From assembly GCA_030704615.1 (NCBI GenBank), contig CM060731.1, forward strand, positions 84,940,001-85,004,000: 64,000 nt of DNA, read 5' to 3'. The notes beneath the pieces are model-generated. The model was given only the letters and a program-made list of their open reading frames with translations. It was not told the origin of the DNA and made no database searches. Shown here one piece after another: positions 34,063-48,100 of the stretch. Position 1 is the stretch's first letter. Every line of letters starts with the position of its first letter. The stretch is from Takakia lepidozioides. Taxonomy: Eukaryota > Plantae > Bryophyta. The position numbers and the translations under genes are program-made.

Positions 34063-37000
34063 AGAGACTTGTTGTGTGCCACCTTCTTCGTCCTGGCAGC
34101 GAGAGCGTCAAGGAAGCTCTCATTGACGCATTGGATGATGGTTGGAGGTTCTAGCTTTGGCCTGTGCGTAAACGTCACCGCCGAATACCGCCGTGTAGGC
34201 TCGCCCTCAAATGCCAACTTCTTGGCAGAGCCAGTCCCACTCCGAACTGACTTGGGAACCCGGACGACCGGTGACTGGGTAGGAGCAACAGCAGTCGCAG
34301 GACCTTGAACAAAATCGGCGTCGGAGTCACTCTCTTGGGTCCCCTCCTGCGCCTCCTCCGATGCCCCGATGGTTTTCTTCTTTTTGGGTGTTACTGCAGT
34401 CACCTGTTTCCTTGTCCTTTTCCTTTGACCTTTACTCTTCTCATGCAATTTCTCTTGAATTCCTGCCTGAGCAAGCTCTGCCGCTTTCCTGGAGTTCGCA
34501 AGCGCTTTTGCCTCTTTTGCACCCAACGGAGGCAGCGGAGCCCGGTTTCGTCGGAATTCAGCATCCAGCTTCAATTGAAACTCGGATGGGTCGAGCGAGC
34601 CGGGCGGAAGGTCCACATACCAAGGGCAATCACGCAAATGTTCCAGATGCCACTCCTTCACAATATCGTCAGTGTACATGGAGTCAGCCCCAGGGTTCCT
34701 CCATGCCAGGAAGAATGGTGGCTCGAAAGACAGATGACCTTTCTCCAAAAGCGAGAACTTACAGTACCTGCATTCATGAAAAACCCAATGAGGTCCGAAA
34801 ATGGCTAACTCCCTGAACGGCAATAGGGCCTACAACTGGAATATGGCGCCGAATTTCCACTTCAGGGCCACCCAGTGTAGGGACTTAGCCCGAAAATGGC
34901 TAAGTCCCTGGACGGCAATACGGCCTGGAACTGGAAAACGGCGCCGAATTTCCACTTCCGGGCCAGCCACCCTAGGGACTTACACAAAAAATGGCTAAGT
35001 CCCTGGACGGCAATAGGGCCTAGAACTGGAATACGGCGCCGAATTTCCAGTTCCGGGCCAGCCACCCTAGGGACTTAGACCTAAAATGGCTAAGTCCCTG
35101 GACGGCAATAGGGCCTGGAACTGGAATATGGCGCCGAATTTCCACTTCAGGGCCAGCCAGTCTAGGGACTTAGCCGGAAAATGGCTAAGTCCCTGGACGG
35201 CAATAGGGCCTAGAACTGGAATACGGCGCCGAATTTCCAGTTCCGGGCCAGCCACCCTAGGGACTTAGACCGAAAATGGCTAAGTCCCTGGACGGCAATA
35301 GGGCCTGGAACTGGAATATGGCGCCGAATTTCCACTTCATGGCCAGCCAGTCTAGGGACTTAGCCCGAAAATGGCTAAGTCCCTGGACGGCAATAGGGCC
35401 TAGAACTGGAAAACGGCGCCGAATTTCCAGTTCCGGGCCAGCCACACTAGGGACTTAGCCCGAAAATGGCTAAGTCCCTGAACGGCAATAGGGCCTGGAA
35501 CTGGAAAATGGCGCCGAATTTCCAGTTCCGGGCCAGCCAGTCTAGGGACTTTGCCATTTTCGGAGCCCTGACTGGAAATTCGGCGCCATTTTCCCTAACA
35601 CCACTTAGGCCTCTAACATCCTGAAATGCCAGGACTTGAAAGAAAGGCAGCGCGTATGTACCTGTACAGAAGGCGCATTGCTGCTTTGTCCGCGTTCGGC
35701 TGGTCGGTGAACTCGTGGCTCCGGCGAGCATCTGCTATCTCCCGAAAGAATAGGTTGGTTTTGTAGAGCAGAAAGTACCTCGTCACATAGTCACGCAGGC
35801 TCTCTGCTGCAGGAGATATCTCCATCTTGAACTGATGTGCTTGTGTGTCCAGCTGCTCTTGCGCATTCGTCGTCACCTGTGGAGATTGTCCATCAGATCG
35901 CTTTCCTCAAAAAATACAATGAATCAACCCCCTACTAGAGTACAAGCCCCAAACGAAGCGTGGGGAAGTACCTGAAACCACCATGTCATGCGGTTCATCC
36001 ACATGTCGAATGTGGGGTCAGAGAGTTTGTCCGGTTTGGGGAAGCTCCACATGTCCCTGGTACTTTGGGAACCATTCCAGATTTGGAGCCACCGGGTCTG
36101 TCCAACCACCCAGCATATTCGTAAGCGCCAAACACCACAAAAAGGAGTTGTTGCCACCACAATTTGGTTAAGAATGTATCACCTTTTCTGTTGCATCCAC
36201 ACAGGATGTGGCTAGACGATGGAGCTTCTCCAATGTCATCGTGGGCTTCAGAGCGCGAGAGTAGTGCTTTCCCACCTCCACCAGAAAGTCGGCACCAAGG
36301 GCGGGATCAGCTATGGCCACGTACTTTACCATCCGCGACTTGTACTTTATGCGGGCCCTCACCTCCGCAGCTTTGACATACGATTCGAGTTCCGGGAGGG
36401 TTGGATTCTTCTCCTCTGACTCCATGTAGAACCTCCGCGCATGTGCCAAATCTTGCTGTATTTTCGTCTGTCGAAAAGCAGCACATAAGATTAGAGATCC
36501 TGCTCAACACAATTTCTTCTATTGGGGGAGGAGAGACAAATTAGCTCAACAAAACTGCAGGAGCTTTACCCGAAATATGTAGTCCACCATGGCGTCGACG
36601 CTCAGCCTATACCAGGTTCTGTCTGCCTTTGCCTCCGACTTGCGCAGGAGGTCGGCACTGAGGGAATTGGCAAACTCTTCCACCCCCTGCCTCCCGACAT
36701 CCTTCACTCGGAAGAGCATATGGGACAAGTTGGTGGCAATGAAGGCATTCTCAGTCACCCTGCAGTGCCACATTTCCATCAAACAATACTGAAATGGGAA
36801 TTTTCATCATATATGAGGATTCGCAATGAAATGACTTCCAAATTCAAAGTCCAAAAGCGAGAGGGGTTGTAGCTTACGAGTTGATGTCGGCCATTGCAGC
36901 TTTGAGAAGACTGCGATCTTTGGGCCCCGCAACCTTCAGCACAACACAATCGACGGCGAAATGCCAATCGAGATCGTTGGGGTGGGCTTGGGCAATGTGC

Positions 37001-38843
37001 TCCATCCATGCCAGGAGGCGATGATTGCCGTCCCACACGTAGAACATCTTACCGGACATGTGCTGGAAAAGAGGATCACTAGCAATCGATCTCTCGAACT
37101 CCTCATTTCGCGTTTGCCAATGGGGACCCCATTTGTCCACCTCATCGGAAGTGTGGGCACGGGAAGCTCCGTGGTCGTTCTCAATGGAAACGTAAAAGGC
37201 GGCAGACCCCATTCGATATCCATCCCGGAAAGAGAATTTCAGCTTGTCGATATCGCCTGGGAGGGCAGGTCTCACCACCTGCAATGACACCAAGCGGCAA
37301 AGGGGAATTCGAAGCTTGGCCGGGTACACCATGCCCCCCAGCACCCTGCCAATGTTGCTGTGGGTTGCCTCCAACATCTTGGCAGCGGCCAACTTCATAT
37401 CCGCCTCAGACATGACGTCTGCTGCAGAGGGGTTTTCCGGCAGCCCACCAAGACCGCCAAATCCAGCCTGTATGCTCCGGGTTTGGGGCCTGGGGATGTC
37501 CGGGAGAATGTCATCCTGGTCAGAAACATCCATGTCGTCCTCCTCAACAGGGTCAGCCACCTGCGAAACCACCTCCAGCACTCTCGTCGTCTCTACTGCC
37601 CTCTCCCTGGCTTCACCTCGAACTTGCACAATCGGTGCTCTTTCAGGTGTTCTTTCCTCTCCTCCACTCTCCACCGTATGGGTAATTGCGGGGGCTGCAC
37701 TTGCCCGCGATGGTCTAACCGGTGTGCTACTGCCTCTCTGTGGTGTCTTGTAGGGATCCACCGTCTCTGTGTGTCCCTCGCTTACATTGGCATCTGTCAT
37801 TTGGGCACCCCGGGCCTCTTCAGCTGCCTTTTGTCTTTCCTCCTTGCTAGCATTCTGTCTCGTCTGTTCTTTTGCCCTCTCTTTTGCCCTCTCACGGGCT
37901 TTCTGTTTCTTACTAGGGCTAGCAACAGGGGAGCCCTCCAGGACGACCACCTTTGATTGAGGCGAACTGACACCCTCGCGCGCACTGCTCACTCCCCCCT
38001 CCGCAGCCCGTGACTGCTCTCTCGCCGGGGATTGCATGTGCTTAGCTTTCTTCTTTTTCTTTGCGTGGGCGGGCCCTACTGCATGTGCATGAACAACCTC
38101 CATTGCCGGATCTGCTGTCCTCATGTCCTCACGCCCTTCACCTGCCATGCCGCCTGCACCAACCTCCCCAATGCCTACTCTATCGTAATCTCGTTGCAAG
38201 TCCTCCCGTCCACCAACAAAAGATTTAAGTTTGCCCTCTCGCCCCAAGTTGGGCGATTCAAACATGCGATGAGTTGGAGCTGTCGATGATACCACCAGCG
38301 TGCCGGGCTCGTCGTCACTCTGTGATTGACAAAAATCGTGAACACCAACAGTGGTGCAAAAAGCAGCAGCGCAACCACCATAGCAGCAATCATGTAGCAA
38401 AAATGAAAACATAACAAGTTTAGGAAGTATGGAGAGCCATGCAACAACAATGAAAACAAATGCAACCATTGCCTAAGAATGACATGCACAAGCAGCCTTC
38501 TCCAGAGCTGCCGGATTTGCACACGCATTGCAAACAATCTAAGGTTCAGTCAACTATCTAAAGTTCACTCATAAAGCAAAGCCAGGATGAAGATGCAGAA
38601 ACAAAGCGAGGTAACGAAGCGAAAGCAAAAAAGAAATCGAACAAACCGAAAGCAGAAGTGGCTTGCCTGAGAGTACTCGGCTTCAGTTGGCGCAGGTTGT
38701 GAGCAAGACACTGGAATCTCCTGCTGGAGCTTCAGTTTGGCCATGCGAGAGATTGGCCGTCGTCCGTAGTACAGAGCTTTCAACTTCCGCCGCGGTCTGG
38801 ATCTGAGGTCTCTCTCAGGAGAGCCACGCCCTTCAGGCGGCAT
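34060..38843 (-). pseudogene. Truncated ParB-MTase gene of A copy 2
   Basis: Mirror of 9056-13839, broken before the MTase motifs. Confidence 0.88.
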
Positions 38844-41800
38844 AAGTCCCAGCCAAAAAGATCTCCTTTTTTGGGGTACATGCCTGGAATACCATGTTAA
38901 GCCAAGTATAGCATGAGATTTAGGGTACGTGTCCAGGAAGCCATGCGTCGCCAGCCCGAATAATAAGCGACGGCCGTCGACATTTATTGCCCAACTGCGC
39001 AATTAAATGTCGGATGAAGCCCTCCATGTCGGAAGAAAATAGACGAAAACAGTCCCGGAATTTCCCTCACGCAGGTAATTCGGAAGCGCGCGGATGGAAA
39101 TCCGGCGCCGAATTTCCATCCGCGCAGGTAGGGCGGTTCGCCAAATTTCCTTCAAGCAGGTAATTCGGATGCGCGCGGATGGAAATCCGGCGCCGAATTT
39201 CCATCCGCGCAGGTAATTCGGATGCGCGCGGATGGAAATCCGGCGCCGAATTTCCATCCGCGCAGGTAATTCGGATGCGCCCGGATGGAAATCCGGCGCC
39301 GAATTTCCATCCGCGCAGGTAGGGCGGTGCGCCAAATTTCCTTCAAGCAGGTAATTCGGATGCGCGCGGATGGAAATCCGGCGCCGAATTTCCATCCGCG
39401 CAGGTAGGGCGGTGCGCCAAATTTCCTTCAAGCAGGTAATTCGGATGCGCGCGGATGGAAATCCGGCGCCGAATTTCCATCCGCGCAGGTAGGGCGGTTT
39501 CGCCAATTTCCTTCAAGCAGGTAATTTGGCGCCGAATTTCCATCCTGCAGGTAAGTCGGACGGTGCCATATGGATATTCGGCGCCGAATTTCGATCGCCA
39601 TTTATTATCTGAGCGAGGAATTACCTCCGTGCAGGTAATTCCCATATAAGAATTACCTTCGTGCAGGTAATTCACATACAAGAATTACCTTCATGCAGGT
39701 AATTTCCAGATGAGAATTACCTTTGTGCAGGTAATTCTGGACGAGGAATAACATCGATTGGAATTACCTGCAGGAAGGTAATTGTCATCTGGAAATTACC
39801 TGCACAAAGGTAATTCTTGTATGCGAATTACCTGCACGAAGGTAATTCTTATATGGGAATTACCTGCACGAAGGTAATTCCTCGCTCAGAAATAAATGGC
39901 GAGTGGAAATCCGGCGCCGAATATCCATACGGCACTGATCCGACTTACCTGCTGGATGGAAATTCGGCGCCGAATTTCCATTCATCCACGATTCGAATTA
40001 CCTGCAGGATGGAATTCGGCGCCGAATATCCATATGGCACCGATCCGATTACCTGCTGGATGGAAATTCGGCGCCGAATATCCATATGGCACCGATCCGA
40101 CTTACCTGCTGGATGGAAATTCGGCGCCGAATTTCCATTCATCCATGATTCGAATTACCTGCAGGATGGAAATTCGGCGCCGAATATCCATATGGCACCG
40201 ATCCGACTTACCTGCTGGATGGAAATTCGGCGCCGAATTTCCATTCATCCAGGATTCGAATTACCTGCAGGATGGAAATTCGGCGCCGAATATCCATATG
40301 GCACCGATCCGACTTACCTGCTGGATGGAAATTCGGCGCCGAATTTCCATTCATCCATGATTCGAATTACCTGCAGGATGGAAATTCGGCGCCGAATATC
40401 CATATGGCACCGATCCGACTTACCTGCTGGATGGAAATTCGGCGCCGAATTTCCATTCATCCATGATTCGAATTACCTGCAGGATGGAAATTCGGCGCCG
40501 AATATCCATATGGCACCGATCCGACTTACCTGCTGGATGGAAATTCGGCGCCGAATATCCATATGGCACCGATCCGACTTACCTGCTGGATGGAAATTCG
40601 GCGCCGAATTTCCATTCATCCACGATTCGAATTACCTGCAGGATGGAAATTCGGCGCCGAATATCCATATGGCACCGATCCGACTTACCTGCTGGATGGA
40701 AATTCGGCGCCGAATTTCCATTCATCCACGATTCGAATTACCTGCAGGATGGAAATTCGGCGCCGAATATCCATATGGCACCGATCCGACTTACCTGCTG
40801 GATGGAAATTCGGCGCCGAATTTCCATTCATCCACGATTCGAATTACCTGCAGGATGGAAATTCGGCGCCGAATATCCATATGGCACCGATCCGACTTAC
40901 CTGCTGGATGGAAATTCGGCGCCGAATCTCCATCCATCCGAGATTCCACTTACCTGCTGGATGGAAATTCGGCGCCGAATCTCCATCCGGGGGATGGTCT
41001 CTGTCGGAGAGGTGCCGCCTCTCCGCCGCTCTGTTGGATATTCGGTGCCGAATTTCCGTCCCGGGGGTTGAAATATGACTGCCAGGTTCCGACCTCTCCC
41101 CCCTCCCCGACTTCATTGGAACGGCCCCGAATTGAAATTCGGCGCCGTTTTCTCATCTGTGGAGGTTTTTATGTCGGCCAGTTTTCGCTCTGACACGCCG
41201 ACAACACTTCCTTTGGGGGGCCCGGATGGAAATTCGGCGCCGAATGGCCGTCCAGGGGATGTTCTCTGTCGCACACTGGCCGGCCTCTGTGCCCCAGGCG
41301 ACTTCATCCGGGCGTCCCCTGTTCGATATTCGTTGCCGAATTTCCGTCCGGGGGTTGAAATGTGACAGCCAACTGCAGGCCACTCCCCCCCCCGACTGCA
41401 TCCGAATCGCCCCGGATGGAAATTCGGCGCCGTTTTTCCATCTGGGGATGTTTTTATGCCGTCCAGTTTTCGGCCTGACCCCCCGACACGACTCCCTTTG
41501 GGGGGACCGGATGGAAATTCGGCGCCGAATCTCCATCCAGAAGATGTTATCTGTCGCACACACTCCGGCCTCTGCGCCCGAGGCGACTTCATCCGGGCTT
41601 CCTCTGTTGGATGTTGGGTGCCGAATTTCCATTCGGGGGTAGTAATGTGACGGCACGGTGCCGGCTTATCCCCTTCAGCCGTCATCATCCGGACGGCCCC
41701 CCACTTTCTGACTGCATACCGTTGGCAGTTATTGCGCAAAGACGAGGGGCCGCATTCCGGAGACAAGGTTCATTAACACTCTGACTGTGGATTTTTGAGA

Positions 41801-41935
41801 TAGTTGGCTCCCTGGATTTGGATCAGGCTTCGTCGCTCGGACAAATCGGCATCGCATTCATTCCCATCGCTGCACCCCCTTCTACCAGGGAGCTTCCCCG
41901 CACGCCATCCTGGCAGTCTTGTGTGCACATCTCCC

Positions 41936-44900
41936 ATGGCGGAAAACCCGAGCGCTACAGTGTACTGCCCTCCTCACGAGCATAGAGCTTCATTTCCGTG
42001 CAGAGGGGACACCTGCCGGGTGATGGAGAAATATCTGTGCGTTCGATACCACCTGAAACCGGGGTCGGTTTTTTTGGAGGAGGAAAGGAAGGACTCAAAC
42101 GGCCTTGTTGTCGAGAGTATTGTTGTGCTCCACGATGATTTCGGCGATGGCAGGGAATGGCGAGTTCCACCATCGGACAGCGTCATATACAGGGCTGTTG
42201 GGGACTTCATTTGCCCGCCAAATGCACCGTCTATCCTGGCGCCTTCCACGAAACAATCCGCGAATCAGAGAGTGGGTACCTCAAAGAGAGAAGTCCGCAA
42301 CGAAGTAAATCCAGAGCCGAACCCATCCATGAAGACGACCGAGAACCGGGTTGTTCACAACCTGTCCGACTCAGACGAGGTCATGGAAGTTCCGAGGTCG
42401 TCCTGGAGATCAGGCAAGTCCTCAATGGACGTCAGTGGAGGAGGGAGTCATATTCCCAGCACGAGCACCGCAGTTCGATCTATTCTAGAAATTCTGCGAG
42501 GGCTTCACCTGGAGGGACACCGGTCGGAGCTGGCCGGGCTGGACTACAGCAAGTTCGCAATTAAATCGGTTACATGCCTTCCCGCCGACGTCGACGGTAA
42601 TGTCTTCTTTGAGTTCCCTCCTCGGGCGGACTACTCGAGGGCGTCCGGAATGTTGACAGATATGGATAGAAAACATGACGGTCATCCTTGGTGCGTTACC
42701 AAAACCACCAGCATGAAGATGCTTGATGGTGTGCGGGTGCGCTACGTTGTTTGTGCGGGCGCGTTGCGGTGTTTCTCCCCAACTTGCTTCCACTTTAAAT
42801 CCAGAGGTCACAGGAACGAGACCGATTGGACAGGCACAGCTCACCAACCATTTCGAGCTCAGGAGAAGGTTCCGAACTCCACATTTAAGTGTGCGCATTG
42901 CAAAGAACCACCACACTGCATGTCTGTTTGTAATGCCAAGCAGTTCTATGTGTTGCACCGTTTCCCTGACCTCACCCGAGCTTGCATACACGTTGGTTCC
43001 CATTGTCACAAATTGGCGAGGGGGAACTCGCGGGAGGCTGCCCACGAAGCAGAGCAGCTCGTTCAGGAGGAGGTTAAGTTGAGACCGGGTGCCAAACCCA
43101 AACAGATACAGCTCCAAGCCGCCCATAAGATGGCATTGGCCAGAATTATGTCGGAAGACGGCTCGGATAGAGTTCCTCTCGACGAGAAGGAAATGGAGGC
43201 ATTGCTCGAGTCGGTGTCCCACGTATGTTCACCGAATGTCCGAAACCACATTGTCTCTTGCAAACAGAAAATTGGGCGTGGCTCGGATATGCACTCCATT
43301 CTGGAGGTGAAGCGACGATGTGGATATGACTACATTCATGGAAGTAGGTTTCCAGGACAAGGGACTGAGGCAGATCGTTGTTTCGTATTCAAAATGTCCA
43401 CGTGTGGACCTGGCAGTGGCGTCGAACTGGTCGACAGGATGACGAGTGGGAACTTGTCAAACAGTTGGGTCATGTTCGACCATATCAAGCGAATTACAAA
43501 TCACCAGTGGGTGACAATGGGTGCACATGTCTACGACACCCACTGCAGGATGCTAATGACAATTGCTATTTGTGAGATGAAAGGAGAGGACACACAATCG
43601 GAGATGCTTCTTTGGCAGGGAATAAACGAACAGATGGCCAAGGCGGGATTGCCCCTCCCAATTTCCGTGGTTTCATGGCGGACAACGCACAAGCAAATTG
43701 GGCTGCCATCCGAAGGGTGTACGGGCAAGACCCCAATGTTCCCATGGAAGGCAAGGAGAGATCTTGTGGGTTCCACTTTCTGCAGAGCCTTTCGCAGTAC
43801 ACAACCAGGCTCGTGGCGCCAGATTTCAGAGAGGAGCACCGTTCCATGTGCCTTGCGTGGAAGCGCGCTCCCACCTTGGATGATGCAGAGACACAGTTTG
43901 CATGCATACGGGCTTGGTGGACATCGTCAGGTGCTGTAAGGAAATCAGACGAAGGAGCAATGGTCAGTTGGCTAGCATGGTGGCATTATCGTTTCCTCCA
44001 GTTCGGCGACTATATGCGGGAGGTGAGTTGCACGAATTCGCGTCCCGTTGGATATTATTCTTGGCCATATTTGTAACTTGCTTGTAACCTCAACATGTGC
44101 TTGTGCAGGAAATGTGTCTCGACTCCGACACCGACATGCCCACGACAAACATGGCCGAATCAGTGCACTCTTCCTGGCGTGCCTCCTCTGCGGCGCATCT
44201 GGTGGACATCCTCACTGCCACAACGGAGGACATTGTGAGGTCAATTATGCAGCAATGCAGGTACAACGAGTTCTTGAAAGGGAAACAGTGGGGCTTGGGG
44301 CCGGACAGGCAGGAAATGCTGATGCGGACTGCCTCCAGATCGAAGAATCCTCGGAAGTGGGCGGCGGCCTTGCGAGAGGGCCTTCGGGACACGCCATTGC
44401 TGCGAAGAGGCCAACATTTGGAAGGAGATGTTCATACCCGTCCAGTGAGACGAAGACTTGACGAGGCACCTGGCGGAGAAGAGGATTCATGGCGAGCTGA
44501 CAAGAATATTCGCACGCTCCCTCGTGGTCCGGTGATGTTGTCCGAGGAGGTCTCGTCGAGCACCGGAAGTCCTGCACGTTCAAGATCGCCATCTCCTTTG
44601 AGCACAGGGCGCGTGCCCCGGCAACATAACGAGCCATCTGTAGTAAAGCAATACAACATTCCCATTGTGGAGACAAGAGTGTCGGAGTCACAGTGGAGAA
44701 TTGCGAGGACATTGCCGGCATTTCGAGGGAAGTGTTGCGCCATCCGGGTGGATACGAGAGCACGCTGTGGTGAGATGATTCGGAGGAACCCACACGGTGC
44801 TGTACCTGCACCTTGTTTCAGCGGCAGATTTTTGACTCCCACATTTGCTCACGCCACAACGCAGACATTTTGGTTCTGTAGGCACGACATAATGACCTGT

Positions 44901-45527
44901 GTATTTGGCAAGCCCAAGTACGGGATTCAGGGAATGCCGGAGCCTCCGGGCGTCTGGCCTGTTGCACCGGGTTGCAGCCTCTCTCAGAATGAGGCGGATG
45001 CTCTATCTGCAGCAGGATTTCGAATGGTGCAACGCACAGACATCCCGGCCCACGCATTTCCGGTTCCTCAGACCCAGCCATTGCATACTGCTCGGTCCAG
45101 TAGAGACGGATTGGACAATTCTGCACATCCCACAATGCGATTCGGAAGAGTGAAGAGACGACACCCTCCCAACAAGTTGAATGAGACTCGGATTGCCAAT
45201 GCTCTTGGGATGGCTTGCACTATTCAGAGCTCCGTGGACGTACCCCCACCCGGCCTTGGGCGTGTGTATCGGATGGCAACGGCCGGCTCGGCTGTACGCG
45301 ACGATGTATACACAATTACGATTGGAGTGGAGCCGACTTGCAACTGTACGGACTTCTCGTTGATGGAAGCAAAGAAGGGTTCGAAGTATTATCCGTGCAA
45401 GCATCTGTATTACATTTACCTGAAGAGGTTGAGGATGAACGTGACTATTGATGACTTTATTCATGCACCGGCGTTGAGCGTGAACGAGCTGCACAAACTC
45501 CTTCTTAGGGATTCCAGAAATCATTGA
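41936..45527 (+). CDS. Element A MULE transposase, ~1168 aa, 2 exons, one 1-bp homopolymer frameshift
   Basis: Exons 41936-44022 and 44109-45527. DRKHDGHPWC..CAGALRC..C..CAHC..C..RACIHVGSHCH (GCM/WRKY-like), WVMFDH, FMADNA, CGFH, TNMAESVH (DDE + CxxH), CNCTDF..CKHLYY (SWIM). One C missing at ~43655 relative to copy 1. Confidence 0.85.
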
Positions 45528-46309
45528 TGGGGCAAACGGAATCCTCCATATGGATATTTTCAAATGCATTTTGCTGTATCAGACTTTTTTTTTGCAGTGT
45601 AATGAAATGCACCCCAAAACTCCTGGAATGAGGCAATATTCCATTCAAACTGAGATCCAACAGAAGCAGTTCTGGGGCCATTTCTGGAAAAATGGCGCCG
45701 AATTTCTCTTTTTGGGGCCGAAAACTCGCTAAGTCCCAACATGCACTGGTACCTGTGTTTGGGAAAATGGCGCCGAATTTCTCTTTTTGGGGCCGAAAAC
45801 TGGCTAAGTCCCAACATGCACTGGTACCGTGTCTGGAAAAAATGGCGCCGAATTTCTCTTTTTTGGGCCGAAAACTGGCTAAGTCCGAACATGCACTGGA
45901 AAAATGGCGCCGAATTACCTGTCATGAGGGGACCTATAGCCGCGGAATTCGGCACCATTTTTCGCCAGAGAGACCTATTGCCGCGAAATACGTCGCCGTT
46001 TTTTCAGGTTACGGACCCTATTACCGCGAAATTCGGCGCCATATTTGCACATGTCGCTAGGAATTGGCATGAGCGGAAGACAAAATATCATGAGCACAAC
46101 TGTCAAAAGTGCAATTTTCCCTTCAAGGGGCCGAATAATATATTTGTTTTTTCTGACACATTGCATTAAATTATTGTTTTTTATTGTTTTTTTTATTGTT
46201 TTTTATTTTCGAAATTTGTACTTCTGCTCATGAAAACCGATTGTGTTACTACTCTGCTCATGCCGCTCATGCCGCTCATGCCGCTCATGCTCATGAAATA
46301 GCAAACCTC

Positions 46310-47815
46310 CATTCAGTGGCAGCTCAAACAGTGTGCGCCAACGCACACTGTTTGAGCTGTACATGTCACTGTTTTTTTGGTGTTAAATTCGGACTTCCAG
46401 GGCAGGTTTCTGAGTATGAAATAACCATTCAGTGGCAGCTCAAACAGTGTGCGTTGGCGTACACTGTTTGAGCTGAATATGTAAGTGTTTTTTCCGATTG
46501 AAATTCGGACTTCCAGGGCAGGTTTATGATGATGAAATAACCATTCAGTGGCAGCTCAAACAGTGTGCGTTGGCGCACACTGTCTGAGCTGTACATGTCA
46601 CTGTTTTTTGTGGTGTTGAATTCGGACTTCCAGGGCAGGTTTATGATGATGAAATAACCATTCAGTGGCAGCTCAAATAGTGTGCGTTGGCGCACACTGT
46701 TTCAGCTGAACATGTCATTGTTTTTTTGGTGTTAAAATTCGGCATTTAGGGCACGTTTCTGAGGATGAAATAACCATTCAGTGGCAGCTCAAACAGTGTG
46801 CGTTGGCGCACACTGTTTGAGCTGTATATGTCACTGTTTTTTTGGTGTTAAATTCGGACTTCCAGGGTAGGTTTATGATGATGAAATAACCATTCAGTGG
46901 CAGCTCAAACAGTGTGCGTTGGCGCACACTGTTTCAGCTGAACATGTCACTGTTTTTTTGGTGTTAAAATTCAGCATTTAGGGCACGTTTCTGAGGACGA
47001 AATAACCATTCAGTGGCAGCTCAAACAGTGTGCGCCAACGCACACTGTTTGAGTTGAACATGTAAGTGTTTTTTTGGTATTAAAATTCGGCATTTAGGGC
47101 ACGTTTCTGAGGATGAAATAACCATTCAGTGGCAGCTCAAACAGGGTGCGTTGGCGCACACTGTTTGAGCTGTACATGTCACCTTTTTTTTTGGTGTTAA
47201 ATTCGGACTTCCAGGGCAGGTTTATGATGATGAAATAACCATTCAGTGGCAGCTCAAACAGTGTGCGTTGGCGCACACTATTTGAGCTGTAGATGTCACT
47301 GTTTTTTTGGTGTTAAATTCGGACTTCCAGGGCAGGTTTATGATGATGAAATAACCATTCAGTGGTAGCTCAAACAGTGTGCGTTGGCGCACACTGTGTG
47401 AGCTGTACATGTCACTGTTTTTTTGGTGTTAAATTCGAACTTCCAGGGCAGGTTTATGATGATGAAATAACCATTCAGTGGCAGCTCAAACAGTGTGCGC
47501 CAACGCACACTGTCTGAGCTGTACATGTCACTGTTTTTTTGGTGTTAAATTCGGACTTCCAGGGCAGGTTTATGATGATGAAATAACCATTCAGTGGCAG
47601 CTCAAACAGTGTGCGTTGGCGCACACTGTTTGAGTTGAACATGTAAGTGTTTTTTTTCCGATTGAAATTCGGCATTTAGGGCACGTTTCTGAGGTTGAAA
47701 GAACCATTCTGTGGCAGCTCAAAGAGTGTGCGTTGGCGCACACTATTTGAGCTCTACATTTAAGTGTTTTTCCGGTTGAAATTCGGCATTTAGGGCACGT
47801 TTCTGAGGATGAAAT
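46310..47815 (+). repeat. ~117-bp satellite (~13 units) with an 18-bp-stem hairpin
   Basis: CATTCAGTGG recurs at 46310, 46426, 46542 and onward; CAGCTCAAACAGTGTGCG-N4-CGCACACTGTTTGAGCTG. Confidence 0.97.
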
Positions 47816-48100
47816 ATCTTGGAGTTTACAATGAACACTTACCTGGCACAAGTAGGTGTTCAATGATCATTTACATGGCAAGTGAAACAGTGTGCGTCAA
47901 CGCACACTCTTTGAGCCCACTTTTACATTGTCTTTTTCTGTGGAATTCGGCAACATAGGACATGTCTGTGAGGGTCAATGTACACTTACCTGGCAGCTTA
48001 AAATAGTGTGCGTCAACGCACACTCTTTGAGCCCACTTTTTCTTGCCTTTGCCGTTGTTTCATGCCTCTCTAATATCAAGTTGAATGAACAACCCTGCAG

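Larger units (their letters stand above)
34060..46309 (-). mobile_element. Element A copy 2 (inverted copy of 1760-13839), right end lost
   Basis: ORFs mirror copy 1 (coordinate sums 47899, then ~48065). TIR ends at 46309. Confidence 0.95.

Noticed and set aside
39817-41193. 458-aa ORF and similar ORFs at 6591-8896 and 12441-13098
   Set aside because: These are translations of tandem repeats open in several frames, and they differ between the two copies.
1760-46309. One giant foldback element with 12-kb TIRs
   Set aside because: The flanks at 1759 and 46310 share no TSD, copy 1 has its own right TIR at 15702, and the TSD pairs 15703 with 46310.
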